From contig CM120642.1 in assembly GCA_051362555.1 (NCBI GenBank), forward strand, positions 31,620,001 to 31,684,000: a DNA stretch of 64,000 nucleotides, given 5' to 3'. Of the stretch, positions 13,589-25,700 are shown one piece after another. Under the pieces are notes generated by a model. It was not told the DNA's origin, did no database searches, and saw only the letters and a program-made list of their open reading frames with translations. The DNA comes from Lingula anatina. Its lineage: Eukaryota > Animalia > Brachiopoda. A program made the translations under genes and the position numbers. Numbering within the stretch: position 1 is the first letter of the stretch; each line of letters opens with the position of its first letter.

Positions 13589-14770
13589 GTTTTTGTTTTA
13601 ATCGCCTTAGATTGTTTTGCTCAACAACAGTAAGTTGACCAACACCTCAAGAATAAACATTTAATGTGACGTGTGTGTTTACGTTTCACTTTCGTAACTT
13701 ATGGAGAACTGAAAGATGCACACGCAGCTTCCTTAAAGTATCTTGGCCTAGGAAGTGTCAGACAAGGTGTAAACTGGTCGTTATGTCTTATATCATACCC
13801 AAAACCCAGAGCCAGCTGTCAAGGCGTTTTCTACATAATTTAAACAGGCGTATTCTCGCGCATACGAGCACGTACCCGGTACAGGGCGGTATCTTCTCCG
13901 AATTGTGGTTCAAGCGATACTAGCGCAGGAACCCCAATACATTTTCTTTGATGTCTGGTAAATGTATTGGAATTCTCTGGTATCACAAAATCGCGGTCGC
14001 GTATTTTTCGAGATTTTAGATGCTTCACCAAAACTTCGCTGTTTTACGTAGTTTACAAAGCAAATGTGTATGGAGGCCTTCTCATTAGTTATTACTCAGT
14101 TGAAGTAGTTTGAAAAATATTTCAGTATTTCAAACATATTGCTTTGTTAAAATTTACAATGTATCTATTACTCTATCAGTTTATTTATTTATCCAGTACT
14201 TTATTTATCTATGCGTAACTCGGAAAATAGATTGCATGCATACCCATTTGTTGCAGGTGAGATGTTAGCTCTGTTGGAGAGGAGGAGGCAAGATTTGTCA
14301 AGGATGACCGTATTCGGCGTCTGCTGTGGTGATGTTGTGGGGGCGGGGGTGCGAACGGTCCTAATAAAAACCGACGCGGCGGGAGAGGTGTTCCCAGAAC
14401 AAGGGAGATTAAGGAAAGAAGCCATAGATACCAGTTAAAACGGTAAGTAAGCAGGACGTTGTGCTCAGAGTACCTGTTTTGCTATTACTGCAGGAAGATA
14501 TTGCAAGACAATGACGGGATGTTATAACGTTGTTTGTAAAGTTGCTGTATTAATTACTGTAAAGAAACCAACTTTTATCATATTCATAAAAATAATATTA
14601 AAACGATAAATTTCAATAAGAACAAGTAAAAAAATCACTAACTTTCTTGTAAAAGATGATGATGGACGTTACGTGTGTCCCCATAGGTATTCACTTATAA
14701 TGGGCGACTTCTTTGATGCATTTACATAAGCGCCGTTTTGTTTTCAAAAATGCCTCCTTCCTTTTCAGAT

Positions 14771-15787
14771 ATGGGCGAGTACGGATCCATCAGCTTTTGT
14801 ACGAGATCTTTTGTATTTGGGGCATTTCTTTTGGTTGGTTTGGGAAAAGTGGAAAGTGCAACACTTAAAGGGACTTTTCCACCCGTGCCACTAGGTAGGT
14901 ACCAGTTGGTAGTGCATCATTTGGACCATACCCTGGCACTGTACTATGTTTATTAAATACACACAATGGGCAATAGAAAAGTGTCACCCCCTGAATCAGA
15001 GTAATCAAATAATCAAGTAATCAATAATCAAAGTAGGCAGATTTTGAGTAGTTATAATACCTGGTCTACATTTTGTGTTGTTGTTTTTTTTTTTTTGGTG
15101 AAATTTGATGTTAATAAAATGATACCAGGAGCATATCATTCCACAGTCATTTATATCTCCCCCAAAGTATTGGTTCAGTAGGGGTGACACTTCTAGACAC
15201 TTCTATTGTCCAGTGGGTGTACATGGTGGTACACTTCTCTGTAAGAAAGCCGCCTTGCCCAAAACCGTTTTTAACCTTTAATGATAAAGTTTAAAATGTG
15301 TTTATAAAATGAATTTTGATTTGTGTTGATGGTTTCAATAACATTCAGAATCCAGATTGTTTTTTTTTCTACAGAAGACGTTTCAGTGACGACAGAACAA
15401 CAAATGCCAAGAAATCTGCCAAAGGCCACCGCTATCAGAATGTCAACCCAGAAGATCCCTGAAACTCCTTCATATCGAATGAAATTATCTTCGAAAATGA
15501 AACCTGCAACAACAAGAGGTTCATACCCACTTCTAACGATATACGATCACGGTCTTGGCTTTTACCGAGTACAGAGAAGCATCCAAAAAGGAAAAGATGA
15601 ACACTCAAATCTGAAATATACGCGCATGCGCGATCGTCGTTTTGCTCGGAACTCCAGAAAAGGAAGATTTGAAGAGGGCTGTGATCCCAGAAACCTTGTA
15701 TCATTACAGGATTATTTGGATTTCATTCGGTCCAGACGAAAATGTCTACGTAAATATCATTTCAGGAGGGTTCGATTTGGTATATGA
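14771..15787 (+). CDS. Putative secreted neuropeptide/prohormone precursor (178 aa) with an NPF-like C-terminal peptide
   Basis: Exons 14771-14894 and 15375-15787 join in frame (phase 1; CTAG|GTAGGT donor, TTCTACAG acceptor). Hydrophobic signal (SFVFGAFLLVGLGKVESA), multiple basic cleavage-like sites, C-terminus ...YHFRRVRFGI*. A probable 5' UTR exon lies at ~14258-14442. Confidence 0.65.
14960..15219. mobile_element. Tc1/mariner-type MITE (~260 bp) in an intron
   Basis: Imperfect TIRs (cacacaatgggcaatagaaaagtgtcacccc / ggggtgacacttc..ttctattgtccagtgggtg), flanked by TA on both sides (14958-59, 15220-21). Confidence 0.7.
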
Positions 15788-18393
15788 TATGACGGGGATG
15801 TTGTGCGGCATATTTTTTTTCTGTGAATCAGATTCACGAGTGACAAGCTGACCGTACAGAAAACAGTAGGGTCAGGAAACAACCGACTTTTTGGACGGTG
15901 TGACGTAACAGAGAGTCCCCCATGAAAGAGATTCCGGTTCCTATTTTTAAATTTGCACGTTTCTATACTTTCCAGAAACAAGTATATTTATCACAACCGT
16001 ACGGGAATGTTGATATGCTTTTGTTTTGAATGTTCTTTATTGAACTGCCTTTGAGTTTAATGTCTAAAATAGATCGATAAAGACATTAGACCTAGTACAT
16101 TCATATATTTTTCATGTGCAATTTTTCGGGGATTTGAAGAACTTGAAAAGGCATACCTTTATTAGGATATAGATTTATTTATATAAATAAAATGGTATAG
16201 AGAAATGAAAATGGAAACGCCTTTGTTATTTTGTTCAGAGCGTTCATCATGGGCCTTTTCCCCCTCCATCTTTGCTAAAGCTTTAATTTTATCTTAAACT
16301 GTAATTGGTTTACCATACATAATTATCATTCACAGATTTATATTTATCTGTCTGTATTTTAGATTCGTATATGTGTATTAATCAAAGTACAAATGTCAAT
16401 AAAATGACATTTTCGACTAACAACTATATAATTCTGTTGTATCTTTAAAAAACCAAAATTTTTGACAGGTAACTAGCCCCAGAGACTCCTCTTAATTCAT
16501 GCACAAATAAAATATATTATCCATGCAAAAAGAGATCTGGTCAGTTGTATTATATCACAATTAAAATGTAATAAAATACGCATAAGTAAAATAACGATAT
16601 TTGGTGAGATCGTTCTCTATTAGTAGCCTATATAATGGTATTTGGTCCCTTGACTGGCGATTGCAGAATATACATGACACCATTAAAACTTACGTGTTAT
16701 TGCTGAGAGTGACTTAAATCATGCGATGTAATGGCATACTGCATCTACATAACGTAATTACAGTCAAAAAAGTTGAATTGGCTTTAAAAAAACTTGTGAG
16801 CAGAACCTGCACCTCTCATTGCCAAAATATATCTTATAACATCCAGAGCCAAAACTCAAGCATTTTTGTACATCTAGCACCAACATTACATAAAATAAAA
16901 CGATATTTTCTCCTAAAAAGAGGGTGATTAACAACTATTCCCCCACTGGCCCTATCCTTATCTGAGCCCCCCCCCCCTCCATTGTAAAGGAGTAATTTTT
17001 ATCATGATCAAATTTACCTAAAAAAAAGAGGTATATTAACAAAAATGTACACTTTTTAAAAGACGATTTCTTGTCCTACCTCACATAACTGAGAACAACC
17101 AATGACTTGAAAAAATGAGACCAACAAATGATGAAAACAACCAATTGTTTAAATAATACCATCGCCAGTGCACTTAAAACCCATGATGTATAATAGTCAT
17201 AAATTTAAAAATTGAGGAAAAACAATGTTTGTATACAATAAACCCAAACGTATATGTGATAACAATTAAGTAATACTTATATTTAATATATAGAACATTT
17301 AAAGACATGCCTAAGCCGGGTACACTACATATTCTGTAGCTTCGTCTTTGCCTTGAATTATGCCACTTATGAAATATGGGAATGAGCATCAAGTTAAGAT
17401 GGCAGATGAAGGTAGTGGTTAAATAAACAGAGCCATCAGTTAAATTTGTATGTGAAACAATGAACGCTGAATGAAATGTGAGTTTATAAAGGACTGTGTA
17501 TGATGTTACAGTTGCCACAGATAACACTGTGTTGCAGTCTATCCTGTATTTCATCAGTGTGTCGAATTTCTTAATTTTCCTATAGTAACGCTATCTTCCT
17601 GGCCTATGAAATGGCGGATTTAGGGCCTATCCTTTACCACGACCTCACCTATACTACCTATTTCTCTTATTTAACAATATCTAAACTACCAGTTCAACAA
17701 TTAACTATTATTTCAACAGATATCACAGCCATGGTGTGGAAAAATGACAAAAATGGAGAGACATTCATATTGGAATACTTTGCAAATGCATTTCAGGCTT
17801 GCAACATTATCTAACTCAATCTCGAGCGGACCAGGGACTTCTGTTAATTTTATTTGTTTGCAATGCCTGGAGTCTCAAAGCCTCCTCCGTATTATCCTTA
17901 TCACTAAAATTGTGAACCAAATTGTTGGAGTCGATGATTGTTCACCGTAAATGGTGAACGCAGTAAAACGTAGTAAAACTGTAGGCAGTGTTAAACGCTG
18001 AATCTAGGTTGATACCAACATATGCATTATTGAAAACTACTGGTCTCCATCATGTATGTTGTCTATAGTGCTGACTGATTAAACCACTGCTAGTATTCAT
18101 GTCTGGTCACGTTATGCACAATCCCTTTCAAAATCTTGCAGCTCTTAGAAAAATGACCTTGTATACCAAAGACGACGGTATCCAGCTTTTTTTCCCTTTC
18201 TCTTTTTTAAAGGGTAACATTTTAACACCTGGGAACAGCGAACATGATGTCAAACAGAGGTGTGTTAGTTGAGATACGAATGAGAAATGGGAACAATCAC
18301 TGAGGCATCCAACACGAAGCTGATCACTGCTCGCAAATGCAATTTTTGTTGTCTCTTTGAAGCCGAGATAAAAATCCACTTCATAGTAAGCTA

Positions 18394-18491
18394 CTATATA
18401 TAGCCTTTAGCTTCCATCTCCATCGTTTCCGGTGGGCCTCTGGAAGACAAAGAGAACAAAAAGCTTATATGTCCGTAATGTATATCAAAAA

Positions 18492-18544
<53 letters not shown>

Positions 18545-20573
18545 AACTGTATGTCACTTTCGTCACAAAACATCTTGCATAAAACAGGTTTTAATACCAA
18601 ATAAACACCAAGATTTATCCGGCCACATTTTGCTGAATCAGAACGCTGTGGTCGTAGTCAAATTTTCCCAGCCCCTTCCCCTACTCCACCATCACCCACC
18701 CCTCGACAATATGTGTATGGAATTTATTGGGGTATTACTTACACATGATCTCTGTCGTGGTCTGGAGGAGGCGGCTTCTTGGCCTGTTTCTTGCACCACC
18801 ATATAGAGAAAACCACAGCCCCTATAAGAAGTAGGACAACCACCACCACACACACGACTACGATGATGGTGTGATGATCTTGATCTTGACACTGGTCTCC
18901 TATATAGCCGTCAGGGCATCTTCAATATAATATAATATAATATAATATAATATAATATAATATAATATAATACATGTACAATAAGAATACAACAAGAAAA
19001 TTGAGGCAAATAATCAAAGGTAAGAGAAACACACACGAGGAACCATGAAACCAATCTGCAGAAAAATGTTTTAGAATAATTTCAATTTCAGTTAGTCTGG
19101 CCTTCATTTACCTCATTTACGGTGGTACAATTGTAATTCTAAAACAAAATTTACTCACGTGCACTTAAATGCTGCGTTCACGACCGTACATGTTCCTCTG
19201 TTCTTACAGTACCCAGGTTCGCACCACATTTGAGCTGAAGTTGAAGGAAGATAGAAATACAGTTTTAAAAAGCGCGTTGTGACCTTCATTTTTGTATTGA
19301 ACGCCACACAGATGTTACAAGAGTTAATGAGTCAACACTTCTTATATTATACTTTGGAGACAAATCCATTAAGTTGCATTAAGTAATTCATTTAGTTGTA
19401 ATGGATAATAACGTTTGTTTAAAGAAATTTCAACAGGTTCTACATGTATTTATACATATAAATGTATAAGTACTCTCTGATTATATTTTATAGCAAGATC
19501 TAACTACATTTTAACACGAAGTACGCCTCTATCCCGCACAACCACCTAGCCGTGTACGGGTCTGAATTCATTTTAAAGTCCTTTTAAAAGGGATGACAAA
19601 TGACAATCACAAGTGGTCTATGAATATATTTAACTTTGTATTAAAACCGCAGCATACACAGGACGTCTACAACCCCATGACGTCAGATCGATTGAGGAAG
19701 AGTCCTCAGGAATTCGAATTATTTCCACTGTCGTGTAAGGGCGTTTCTGAACACATGTGCCAAATAGGACACTTAGATGCACAATATGCTATTTCACGGC
19801 CGGTTTATTCGTTGTCAAAGGGGCCACAGTTCGCAAGATTACTACAAGTACTATTAATTCATTGGATAGATCATAACATGTAGTGCGCTGGTATAATAAT
19901 ACATCAGCGTAAGTAAACTGTCGAGTATATACTATAACACACCACGCACAATACAAGCAGCTTGGCGCACATTTATGCATAATTGATGAACAGGAATGTT
20001 TTACATCAACAGTTCTGATACATGCCATGGAACCGAGATAAAATGAGAGAGAAATCAGATTTTCAGATACAGTTATCTCATACATGTATTTGAGAAAGAG
20101 TGGGCCTCAGATATAATCCCGTCGCCAGGTCTCTCATCCACATGTGAACGGCGTGATGGACTCCAGAATAATACTACACGGTGCTAGAAATGTAGTAGCC
20201 ATGTCGTCTATCGAATACTTAAATACTACCGGTATACTACATAAACTGCTTATCACATGTACTAAGTAACGCTCTCTGTGTGTATCAAAAAGGCAGTATA
20301 GCTTTCATTGTAAAAGGACATTGTGAACGTTCGTAGAACAGCCTACCGTCTTACACGTAATAATTAAGTGATCTACTGATATCGTATTTATATAACGGCG
20401 TTTACTGCATGAGTGTAAGCTGCGCCGTCTGGGGGCAGATGAAGATAACATATAAATCGATAACAGTAAAGCCCTCACTTAACACGTTCATCCATCTAAA
20501 CAGATCTACTGTGAGGGTCAAAATACGACATGTTTGTCTCTGTCTTACCTGTCGTCTGAGTCGATGTCGCCAT
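18394..20573 (-). CDS. Single-EGF-domain transmembrane microprotein (107 aa)
   Basis: Exons 20573-20549, 19234-19159, 18919-18743, 18439-18394 join in frame at GT-AG sites: MATSTQTTAQMWCEPGYCKNRGTCTVVNAAFKCTCPDGYIGDQCQDQDHHTIIVVVCVVVVVLLLIGAVVFSIWWCKKQAKKPPPPDHDRDHVGPPETMEMEAKGYI*. Six-Cys EGF, ~23-aa TM helix, basic stop-transfer. The first exon is the least certain part. Confidence 0.8.
18924..18971. repeat. (ATATA)n pentanucleotide microsatellite abutting a 3' splice site
   Basis: About 9 perfect units immediately before the acceptor of the EGF/TM exon on the minus strand. Confidence 0.9.
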
Positions 20574-21569
20574 CTTGCTTGTTTGTTCACCTGCCGACCT
20601 TCATTTGACCTCACCTGTGTCACCTTAACGTTAAGTGCGGTTGTGCAGGTACGCTGTAGTATGTCTATTAATAATACACGGATAGAGATGAGTCAACAGT
20701 GAGGTCTTTATAAACCTATCGTCATCATTTAAGGAAGGTTCAGTCTCAACAGAATCAACAACATGAAGCTAGTGAACGTGACATAAGTCTTTCTTAAATT
20801 TTCTAAGATTAAAAATTTTAAAGGATGCAATTAAGAGCACTGAACTTTTTCAGTAAAATTTTCTTCTCAATCTCAACTATTTGGTTTTTAATCCAAATTA
20901 GGATTGGGGCAATCAAAAGGCTTACAAATTATCTAAGTTCAGGCAGCCAAGAATTCTGAAATGATATTGCCAATAAATACAATTCCATTAATCAAAACTT
21001 GCGCTGACTTGCGGGAATTCGTCAGCATAAAATGCGGATTCCATTCTTCTGAATAAAATAAATTGTTCACAGGCAAAAATGCACGTGTGGATTTAATTAT
21101 TATTTGATTAACGGCACTTCTAAATCACCAACTCCGTCAATTTTTTTGAAAACTAAACGTGTTCATATTCTTTATTATAATTTTTGTTCGAAATGAATGA
21201 ACACATCTGTATAAAGGCGATATCTGTTATTTATTTATTATTTTTTATTTTTTTCTGCTCGTACAAATGTATGTGCGTGAAAAGTACAACTTTTGATAGT
21301 ATAACGTCGATTCTCCTTGGAAGAAAACAACTTATAGACTATAATGACACCCGGAAAGTGGTTTACGCCACTAAGGAAATTTTACAACAGAAAAACAAAA
21401 ACCTATAAGGAAAAGACAAAACGATCTCTAGGTATACTATGAACTCGTAATCATAAGGAAAAGTAATAAGAATATAGAAATAGATCATTCATCATCTGTC
21501 GAGTTATCCTGTTATCAAACCGTGTACGGCACAGACCGATTGACAGACACACAGACGGACACACACGAG

Positions 21570-21590
21570 CACGCGCGCGCGCGCACACAC

Positions 21591-21625
<35 letters not shown>

Positions 21626-21638
21626 TCATAAGCGCACT

Positions 21639-21692
<54 letters not shown>
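21570..21692. repeat. Compound (CG)n/(CA)n and (GA)n microsatellites
   Basis: Directly visible dinucleotide runs. Confidence 0.9.
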
Positions 21693-21695
<3 letters not shown>

Positions 21696-22787
21696 ACGTA
21701 AGTTAACTTCAACGTTAACTTGGAATCAGTACCCAATGTCACAAAAATGCAACATTTTAATAAATGTCTATTACCCCCTGATAGGGTAAAGAACATTTAC
21801 AAGTTCCCTCTCCCCTGGTCTCGAGCTTTCATCACAAGCTGTCTCCAAATTGAACCTAGACCCTCGGCAGCTGCACTCTAGGTAAGGGCACCCAGTGCTA
21901 TCTGACCTACCCCTCTTTGTTTTCTTGCGGCAACATAAAACCAGAAAACTGTCAAACTCGTGCCATGAGACGCTCGAACTGATTAACACGATATTTAGAT
22001 GTCAGTGGATGTCGTATCTGGAATTAACAACTCATATTAACTTCTGAGAAACTTATTTTTACCAGTGCTTCACATGCTGTATCCATATGAGCGCATTCCC
22101 AGAGAAAAAGGTAGATCCAAATAGATCCTAACTCCCTGGGGGTTCACGCTAAATTGCTGTCAGCCGACCGCGCACGGAAGTTAATTACCCCCTTACATCT
22201 TTTAGTAGGCGGGACAGACACTTAAGCTGGCTAAGCTGACGGTAATCTAGTGAGACTCCCCACGGGGATAGATCGATCTAAAATCTGTGGGAATAGGGTC
22301 TATAGCGCATGGCATTGCAGCAATTTAACCATGTGCATTCAAGTTCTGGATTCCGAATGTTTGGGTTAAACGGTTTGTCCGCAACAAGCAGCTATATAAA
22401 CATTTTTATATGTTAGAAAAAACAAATAGCAAGTTTAAATGTACTATACCATCCGTACAAATGTCAATAATTCGATGGTGAATTGGCACTTGGTAGTTTC
22501 ACGAACAATGAGTTGCCCTATTGTTAGTTAATTGGTAATGCAAATACAGTAACAAAATTTATATGAACTTCATCGATCATGTTTTGAATGCAACAGATTT
22601 AAGCAAATACAGAGTGACGGGTGTGGGGTTTATCTCATTGATAGATGTCCGTATACCTTATATATCGTTAAATCAAAGTTTGTAACTAGATCAAGGTCGC
22701 ACGTTAGGTTTTAATCCCTTTCATCCATCTGTGAGTTGCCCAGTGTGTCAGACCAGTTCTAATTGTCGTGCCTGTAAAAATCGCGAT

Positions 22788-25700
22788 ATGAAGATCACTA
22801 AAATATCTGTTTATAAGGTTATTTTGCCTTTGAAAGACGGTCCTATTGTTTATGGCGATGGAAAAGTAAACGATCACTTTGACAGCACAGTAGTCAAAGT
22901 GGACACCGACGCTGGGATCTCAGGATTCGGAGAGGTACGGAACACTTTAGAAAGTTTTAGATTTTAATGCACTTTGTGTGCAGGTTCTTATATTATGTTT
23001 CAATACTACGTTAAAACGCTTTACGCACATCTCAATAAATTATTCTCAAAAGATTCATAAAGAGATTACTTTAAGGGTACGGTTACTTCAGGTTGTTTGA
23101 ACGCCGTATGTGCCTTACTAGCAGACTGACGTCAGCAAAGGTTTACATTTTACAGTGTACCCGAAGCTGATGGAGCTGGGTGGGGGTGGGGGGTGGGGGT
23201 GGGGGTGGGGGGAGGTCCCCCTCTACCCGTCTTCAAACATATTTGCAAAAAAAAAAAAAAAATAGAAAACAAAACAAAAGTAGAAATATGCAAATAGCAA
23301 CGAAAACTAATTCTTGATATTATGCACCTATATGTAGACTCTATTTATTGCACAGGCTTTGTTGACATAAGATATCCTTGGCAGCGTACGTGTACATAGT
23401 TCTAAGCAGTTCAAATCTCAACATACACCTGTATGGGCACGCTGCAGCTTATCAGGTGCGCGGGAGGCTTTAGATCAACCAAAACTGACTGATTACGTTA
23501 ATCAAAACACCGCCAAACTATTTTCGGTATTGTAGCGTTTTGCTTCAAGAACGGAAGAAAATCGCTGTTTGTTAAAAGCATGATTTTTCTATTCTCCAAA
23601 TGCAGCCAGATTTGTGGCAGATAAGAAGCATGGAAAATAAATATGTCACGCTTAAATTTAATAATTAAAGGGATAATAACTCTTCGTTTCGGCAAAAAAA
23701 TGAATTTTCCTGGAGTAAACAACAATTTTCCCATACTTACCAATGGTTAATGAATCCATTTTTACATTCAAAGTTAGTCCCTGGTTTTTTTCTAAAAAGT
23801 TTGGTTTTTTGTTAAAATCTCTTAAGAAATCTCTTAAAAGAGTATAGCCATCAGTGGAGGCCACGTGGTCTAAAGACAAGCTCACATATCAGAATAATAG
23901 CTATAACTGCCGTTTTTGTGGTAAAACAGAATATATTATATTTCTAAGAGTTATTCACAATGTTTTTATTGTGAAATATAGATCTTTTACGAAGTGTTAT
24001 TATCCCTTTAAAGTACGAAGCAATAAAAGAAAAAAAAGATATTAGAGATAGTGCAACAAAGCAAATCATAGGAAGACTAAGTAGCGGAATTTGTTCGTTA
24101 CCAACAAAATAATAATAATAACGATTACGATAAACTGCATAGGGAAATGTACTGAGGACAAACAATGGGTATCAGGTGTGAAGACATTTAAGCTTTTTGA
24201 ATAAAATTTTCCTTTCTTTGTGGTCTTCCATTTTATATTGTATGACACCAAAATTGGACATTTTTTTCTTTACTTAAAATACCATTACTTTTCAATTTAA
24301 AATAATCTTTTTATAAACTTTGTACTTTATTTATGGATTTAGGACTCTTATTAAATAAATAAATAAACAAACAAATAAATAATAATAACACTTATTATTA
24401 TTAATTTGATTAAAGACCATTTCGCATCTTTTTTAATTTCTTATGTTCAAAAATGTTAACATCTTCAAATATACCGTTAACATACATGTAGATGTAGATG
24501 TAGATGTCCGTTGCCTCGTTGACAGGGATGTCCGTACGGCCCAAGCTACATGCCCTCCCATCCCAAGGGAATACTGGCCGGGCTGGAGGAACTGGGACCC
24601 CACGTGCTGGGACTTGATCCTTTAGAAATAGGTGAGTGCCGATGTAACGAAACTGAGGGGTCCAGGAATCCCTAAGCAATTGGTGTAAAATTAGTCGTGG
24701 TATAGGCAGTTTAAATGGCTACTGTGGAAAAACCTAAACATTTAACACAGCGCGTACTGAAATTTTAATTTATATAGCCATAACTTGCATAAACTGCACA
24801 ACACAAGATAAGCTGATGTGCAGAATTAGGCGTTGATAAAATACCTTTATATTTATAATAATCAAGTTGAGTTAACACAGAAAATTACCACTGAAATACG
24901 AAATCATTTTCAGGAAAGCTTAACACCATAATGGACTACCACCTCAAAGAACATTACGATGTTAAGTCCCCTATTGACATGGCCTGTTGGGATATACTGG
25001 GCAAGCACACCAAGCTGCCCCTCTGTACGCTGCTTGGAGGCCGTTACGGAGAGTCGGTGAAACTACATTACCACGTGGGACAGAATACCCCGGAAAAAAC
25101 CAGGGAAATTGTAACAAGGTTTAAAAACGAAGGGTTCGAGTGTTTCCAGGTGACCATTGCATTAATTATTTCCGTTTCAAAATATATGTGACGAGATGTT
25201 TAAAACGGCCTAGATAAATAAATTAATAAAATGCGGAAAAAGGAGATACAATTTTCCAAATGACATTAGCAGTTTCTAATCGAACACGATTTATTTAAAT
25301 TAAAACTTACGGATATACCTCAGATAACCATGGCAAGCAAAGAGCGTAGGTGAATGGCCAAAAGACCCATCCACAACTCTCAATAACATTATCCATTACA
25401 TTTCAGCTTAAAGTCGGCAGTAATCCCACACAGGACATTCAGAGGGTGCACGAAATCCGCAAAATGCTGGATCCGTCAAACATGCTCATGGTGGACCCTA
25501 ACACCGCCTGGCTTCCCCATCAGGCCATACGCTTTGCCAACGCCGTCCAAGATCTGGACGTGTACTTGGAGCAGCCGTGTGCCAGCTACGAGGAGAACCT
25601 GCACGTGCGCAGATACACCAACCTGCCGTTTATCCTGGACGAAAGCACGGTCGACGTGGTCCGTCTGATGCAAGGAGGATTGGGTCAAGTGGCCCAGGGG

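Noticed and set aside
14211-14438. 75-aa ORF upstream of the peptide precursor
   Set aside because: No recognisable domain and it stops before the donor; better explained as a 5' UTR exon with a uORF.
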